Source: an uncultured Candidatus Saccharibacteria bacterium
GTDB taxonomy: Bacteria; Patescibacteriota; Minisyncoccia; UBA6257; GWB1-50-10
Assembly (NCBI GenBank): GCA_964357525.1
Contig: CAYHLH010000001.1
Span: 11,719-75,718, forward strand
Direction: 5' to 3'
DNA: 64,000 bases
Below, piece after piece: positions 59,509 through 64,000 of this stretch. Numbering within the stretch: the first letter of the stretch is position 1; every line of letters starts with the position of its first letter. A model generated the notes under the pieces. That model searched no databases and was not told where the DNA came from. It saw only the letters and a program-made list of their open reading frames with translations. The position numbers and the translations under genes are program-made.

Positions 59509-59807
59509 GACAACACCTCCTCTTTCTTGAGAAGAAATTTTTCGGGAAGATTGAAAGAACGCACCAGAACATCGTTTATTTCTGTTGGGGTGCCTCCCCA
59601 TCTTCTCGCGAGTTCCCACTTGATGCGTTTCAGCGATTTCTCATTCCTCCAAGGAGTTTCTTCACGTCCACGGCTTAAGGTCCTGACACGTACAACAAAT
59701 GCCTCTATAAGCCATTCATCATCGTGCGTGCTGAAATCTTCGGTTATTTGAGAGTCCGCCGGGATTTCGGATTTCGGCAAAAATTGTTTTTTATACATGC
59801 ACATCAC
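59505..59807 (-). CDS. Orphan protein
   Basis: GGAGGT SD; overlaps both neighbours by 4 nt. Confidence 0.55.
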   Translation of the reverse strand: MMCMYKKQFLPKSEIPADSQITEDFSTHDDEWLIEAFVVRVRTLSRGREETPWRNEKSLKRIKWELARRWGGTPTEINDVLVRSFNLPEKFLLKKEEVLS

Positions 59808-60094
59808 ACACCTCCCTTGCTTTCCGACGGCGTTTCCGAACCGTTGTTGTATATGCTCTCGTCGCCCAAAAACCTGCTCACTGCCTGTTCGAGTTCAATC
59901 AGTTTCTCTCCGGTGGTTTCCTCCGAACCACCGTTCATATGGATGTATATCTTCACAATGTCTTCCTTGAGAACCCTTTCTTTTTCCCTGTATGTGCGAT
60001 CCATTACAACAGTTGTTATAAAGAAGGCCAATAAAAGGATGATGCAGATGATTACCAACACAAAAACCCATGTCGCTATTTTTATTTCTATCAT
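59804..60094 (-). CDS. Orphan membrane-anchored protein
   Basis: GGAGGAG SD; N-terminal TM helix. Confidence 0.6.
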   Translation of the reverse strand: MIEIKIATWVFVLVIICIILLLAFFITTVVMDRTYREKERVLKEDIVKIYIHMNGGSEETTGEKLIELEQAVSRFLGDESIYNNGSETPSESKGGV

Positions 60095-60380
60095 GACTCC
60101 TCCGTTTTTAAATTTATAATTGATCGTTTACTGTATTCATAAATACAACAAAAAGCGTTACGAGTCAATCCACTCACCCTTCTCCGAAGGATGAGGGATA
60201 AGTTTTCTTGCCCGTGCGCTTTTTCTGTAATATCGTAGAACCCTATGCCCAGTAATACAACTTCGATGCGCTCTGTGGAAAAAGTAAAAGCGAAGAGAAG
60301 AGGCTGGGAAAAAGAAACAATGCAAACAAAGAACCACACACCTTGTCGCGGTGTAACCAATCGAAGTTGATATACTGGGT

Positions 60381-61376
60381 ATGCCAAAACCCTACGACAA
60401 GATAAAGATAACGACGAAGGACGCGGTAACGACGATAGAAGGCATCGTCACGCTGGAGGCGATAGAAGAGGAAAAGGCGGACGCTTTCCGCGACATCGTC
60501 GCGAACTTCAAGGCGCCCGGATTCAGGCCCGGAAAGGTGCCGGAAACCATCGTGAGGGAACACGTTTCCGAGAAAGACCTCTTCGAGGAGGGCGCGAACG
60601 AGGCCTTGAAGCTCGCGTATCCCGAAATTTTGGACGAGTTCAATATCCGCCCCCTCACCTATCCGCGTGTGGAGGTGAAGAAAATAGAGCTAGGGAGCCC
60701 GCTCGAGTTCACCATACGTGTGGGCGTCGCGCCGGAATTCAGGCTCCCGAACTGGAAATCCATAGGGAAAAGCGTCCCGTTGGAGACGCCGGAAGTGAAA
60801 GACGAGGATGTGGAAAAATTCCTAAAAGAAGTGGAATCAATGCGCTCCACGAAGGAAAAGCCGTTCCTACTCACGGACGAAACCGCGAAAGAGCTCGGAA
60901 AATTCGAAAACCTCGCGGAACTGAAGGCGAAGCTCAAGGAAAACCTCCTCGTGGAAAAAACCGAAGCGATGAAGGCGAAGCGGCGCGAGGCGCTCTCCAA
61001 AAAGCTCCTTGAGGAGACGAAGATCGAGCTCCCGAAATTCTGGGAGGAGGAGGAAAAGGCGGCGATACTCGCCGAACTGGAAGAGCACGCCCAAAGCCAC
61101 AAGATCCCCAAGGAAAGGTTCCTGGAGGGCTTCAACAAGACCGAGGCGCAGTTCGCCGACGAGGAGCTCATGCACCGAGCGAGGCGGGAGAAGATCAAAA
61201 TGATATTGGACAAGCTCGCCGAGAAGGAACGTCTCCAAGCAAGCGACGAGGAAGTGGAACGCGAAGCGATGCACCTCCGGACCCATTACGGGGAAACGGA
61301 CCACGAAAAATTGAAGGAACTCGCCCGCCAGGGGCTCTTGCGGGAAAAGGCGCTGGAACTCGTGGAAAACGCGTAA
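60381..61376 (+). CDS. tig: Trigger factor with the FKBP domain largely absent
   Basis: PGFRPGKVP ribosome-binding motif; helical C-terminal domain; 331 aa. Confidence 0.88.
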   Translation: MPKPYDKIKITTKDAVTTIEGIVTLEAIEEEKADAFRDIVANFKAPGFRPGKVPETIVREHVSEKDLFEEGANEALKLAYPEILDEFNIRPLTYPRVEVKKIELGSPLEFTIRVGVAPEFRLPNWKSIGKSVPLETPEVKDEDVEKFLKEVESMRSTKEKPFLLTDETAKELGKFENLAELKAKLKENLLVEKTEAMKAKRREALSKKLLEETKIELPKFWEEEEKAAILAELEEHAQSHKIPKERFLEGFNKTEAQFADEELMHRARREKIKMILDKLAEKERLQASDEEVEREAMHLRTHYGETDHEKLKELARQGLLREKALELVENA

Positions 61377-61430
61377 AAAACAGGGACCGCAAATGGGTCC
61401 CTTGGTAATCATCGTTTGTCTTTTCCTTAA

Positions 61431-61886
61431 TTAGCCCCCGTTATCCACATTAACGGGAACAGCCCCTCCACTACACTCTATTTTTTCCTTCGAGTACAAG
61501 TATGTTTTGCTTCCGTCTTGCGGAAACGAAAGATAACTGACATAATAATTTCCCTTCTCTTCGGTGAACCCTACATATACCAGTTCCACTCCGGAGTGGA
61601 AACTATCATTGCAGTTGATCTTTCCTGTAATGCTCACATTGCAGGGGTCACTTGAATCGTCAACACGGATCGAGGCGCCTTCTACCGTATTGTATAAAAT
61701 GGCATGCCCGTTCCTTCTCCGATATAAGTATTTGCAATTCTCAAAGACCTTCCCGTGAAGTTCCTGGATCTTATACACCCCGAAAAACGACTTCATTGAT
61801 TTCTCGATGCGTTTGCAGATTTTCTTGGTCGCTTCATTGAGCGCGAGCTCGCGACCGTTCGTGGATGTGGATAGCGTGGATTTCAA
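61431..61886 (-). CDS. AT-rich orphan protein
   Basis: AGGAGG SD, TTG start, downstream hairpin. Confidence 0.55.
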   Translation of the reverse strand: MKSTLSTSTNGRELALNEATKKICKRIEKSMKSFFGVYKIQELHGKVFENCKYLYRRRNGHAILYNTVEGASIRVDDSSDPCNVSITGKINCNDSFHSGVELVYVGFTEEKGNYYVSYLSFPQDGSKTYLYSKEKIECSGGAVPVNVDNGG

Positions 61887-62036
61887 TTTTTACCTCCTGT
61901 ATTTTAATAGATTTTTAAAGAAATATTTTTAATATTTCCTTGTCGGGCCTGGAGGGACGGGACTCGGAAACTAGTGCTTATTTTATCCCAGAAACGCCTG
62001 CATTGTCAATACCGTGGGTGTGCTATGATGCGAGCA

Positions 62037-63200
62037 ATGGAGCCCTTGGCACACACAATCAGGCCGAAGAACCTCGACGAGTTCATCGGGCAGGAGCACT
62101 TGGTGGGAATCGGAAAGCCCATACGCGCCGCGATAGAAAAACGCCATCTTTTTTCATTCGCTCTTTGGGGGCCGCCCGGATGCGGAAAAACGACGCTCGC
62201 GAAGATTTACGCTTCGTCCCTTGACGCCGAGCTCTTCGAGCTCTCGGCGGTCTCCGCAAGCAAGGAGGACATCAGGAAGATCATCAAGGCGAAAAGCCCG
62301 CCTGGGCAGGCAGGCAAGAAGCCAAAAGTGATATTTTTGGACGAGATACACCGCTTCAATAAGGCACAGCAGGATTTCCTCCTCCCGTCCGTGGAGTCGG
62401 GCGAATTGACGCTAATCGGTGCGACGACCGAAAACCCGAGCTTCGAGATCATCGCCCCCCTCCTATCGCGGATGAGAGTGTTCGTCCTGAACGAGCTCTC
62501 CAAGGAGGAATTGAAGACCATCATCACGCGCACGGGGCTGTCGCTCGACAAGAAGGCCACTGAATGGCTCATCGATATCAGCAACGGCGACGCTCGGCAG
62601 CTCATCGGCATCCTCGAGCAGGCACACAAGCTCTATAAGGACATCAATGTCGAAACCTTGACGGAAACCATCCAGAACCGCTTCCTGCGGTACGACAAGC
62701 ACGGCGAGGAGCATTACAACACCATCTCCGCCTTCATCAAATCCATGAGAGCGTCGGATGCCGACGCCGCGCTCTACTACCTCGCGCGGATGGTGGAGTC
62801 CGGCGAGGACCCGAAGTTCATCGCGCGCAGGATGGTCATCTTCGCCTCGGAAGACGTCGGAATGAGCCAGCCGACGGCCTTGGTCATAGCGAACGATGTG
62901 TTCCGAGCGGTCGAGACCATAGGGCTTCCCGAATGCGCCATCAACCTCGCGCACGGGGTCGTTTACCTATGTCTTGCACCGAAAGACAGGACGGCATACG
63001 ACGGCCTCATGTCCGCTATGGACGACGTGAAGAAGCACGGGAATCTGCCTATCCCCCTTACGATCAGGAACGCGCCGACAAAGCTGATGAAGAACCTCGG
63101 ATACGGCAAGGGATACGAGAAATACGGAAAGGAGAGCCTGCTTCCGGAACGCTTGAAGGGTAAAAAGTACTTCATCCCCAAAAAGAAAACCCCGCAATAA
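62037..63200 (+). CDS. rarA: Replication-associated recombination protein A (MgsA)
   Basis: GPPGCGKTT, DEIHRFNKAQQD, GATTENP, SAFIKSMR. Confidence 0.97.
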   Translation: MEPLAHTIRPKNLDEFIGQEHLVGIGKPIRAAIEKRHLFSFALWGPPGCGKTTLAKIYASSLDAELFELSAVSASKEDIRKIIKAKSPPGQAGKKPKVIFLDEIHRFNKAQQDFLLPSVESGELTLIGATTENPSFEIIAPLLSRMRVFVLNELSKEELKTIITRTGLSLDKKATEWLIDISNGDARQLIGILEQAHKLYKDINVETLTETIQNRFLRYDKHGEEHYNTISAFIKSMRASDADAALYYLARMVESGEDPKFIARRMVIFASEDVGMSQPTALVIANDVFRAVETIGLPECAINLAHGVVYLCLAPKDRTAYDGLMSAMDDVKKHGNLPIPLTIRNAPTKLMKNLGYGKGYEKYGKESLLPERLKGKKYFIPKKKTPQ

Positions 63201-63365
63201 AGCGGGGTCGCTTGTTCTTCAAGAGAACAAGCGGTCAAAAGATATCCGGCGTTTTTTCCTCGTCTGGACCGAAAATTTCCCTTTGTTCTTCGATAACGTT
63301 ACCCTCCTTTCCTGTTTTTAAACAACAAGATCGGAGTATACGGGAAAACGCAGGAAACACAAGCT

Positions 63366-64000
63366 TCAGAGCAGCTTGAAGCGCTCAAAGTGTACGAACC
63401 GGCGCTTTACGCCCGCCTTGTAGAGCACTCCCCTCACCATTTTCATCATCGGGAGAGGCCCGCACAGGTACACCTCCCTTTCCGCGAAGTCGGGAACCAG
63501 ATGGAACAATTTCTCCTCGTCGAGCGTCCCCGTCTCGCCTCCCCCGCTTCGCCCCTGCTCCAGCGAGGCGAGCCATCCTTCCGGCTCGTTCGTCGCCATG
63601 TAAAAAGCCTTGAAACTCATCCCAAATTCCTCCGCGAGCTCGGAAAACTCGCCGCGGAACGCAAAATCGTCCCGCGTGGAGGCGCAGAACACGAGCACGA
63701 CCTCTTTCCCCGCGCGGAGAGCGTCCTCGACGACCGACCGCAGTGGGGTGATGCCGATGCCTCCGGCAATGCAAAGTATCTTTTTCTTCCTCGCCGCCGC
63801 GGCGGTGAAAAGCCCGTGGGGCCCGTCTATCAAGATCTTCGTCCTCGGAGGGATGCCCTTCATCGCCTTCGTGAAATCGCCGAGCGCCTTCACGGTGACG
63901 CGGAGCTCGTTTGCCTTGGGCGGCATGGAGACGGAGAACGGGTGCGATTGCAGGATGAACCCGGGCGCGAGGAACCTGAGCATCAGGAACTGCCCGCCGC
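63366..64000 (-). CDS. FNR-type FAD/NAD-binding oxidoreductase, C-terminal part (5' end outside window)
   Basis: HPFS, DGPHG.F, IAGGIGITP, YLCGP, HFERF. Confidence 0.88.
   Translation of the reverse strand, partial: GGQFLMLRFLAPGFILQSHPFSVSMPPKANELRVTVKALGDFTKAMKGIPPRTKILIDGPHGLFTAAAARKKKILCIAGGIGITPLRSVVEDALRAGKEVVLVFCASTRDDFAFRGEFSELAEEFGMSFKAFYMATNEPEGWLASLEQGRSGGGETGTLDEEKLFHLVPDFAEREVYLCGPLPMMKMVRGVLYKAGVKRRFVHFERFKLL

Overview
A GC-rich bacterial chromosome segment that looks like Patescibacteria/CPR, probably Parcubacteria. This is inferred from the short EF-Ts, AspS without a GAD insert, compact trigger factor, type IV pilus cluster and many leaderless starts. The core is housekeeping: rpsL/rpsG, rpmB, ftsEX, prfB, rpsF-ssb-rpsR, rpoBC, mltG/rodA, tpiA/gpsA, the mraZ-rsmH-ftsL-PBP-murF cluster, uppS, ndk, aspS, tsf/rpsB, mraY, scpAB, ychF, dnaX, pilus genes, a DEAD-box helicase, obg, tig and rarA. 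There are five intact tRNAs (Pro, Thr, Glu, Tyr, Gln). The unusual signal is in the non-coding DNA. (1) A three-hairpin element in 6-7 copies fills operon junctions from the stop codon to the next ATG; one copy carries a GIY-YIG nuclease gene in its central loop. (2) A covarying ~110-nt structured module follows three different tRNAs, each copy bounded by an antisense copy of its own tRNA's T-arm and a direct copy of that tRNA's 3' end. (3) A tRNA-Gln gene is broken into four pieces by three copies of a 45-nt palindrome, one of which encloses a GIY-YIG gene plus a replacement tRNA-Gln. (4) rpsL has a recoded replacement 3' end, short palindromes are inserted in frame in conserved proteins, and endonuclease ORFs run into tRNAs. 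No CRISPR array, rRNA, reverse transcriptase, transposase or integrase was recognised. All calls were made by eye, without database searches.
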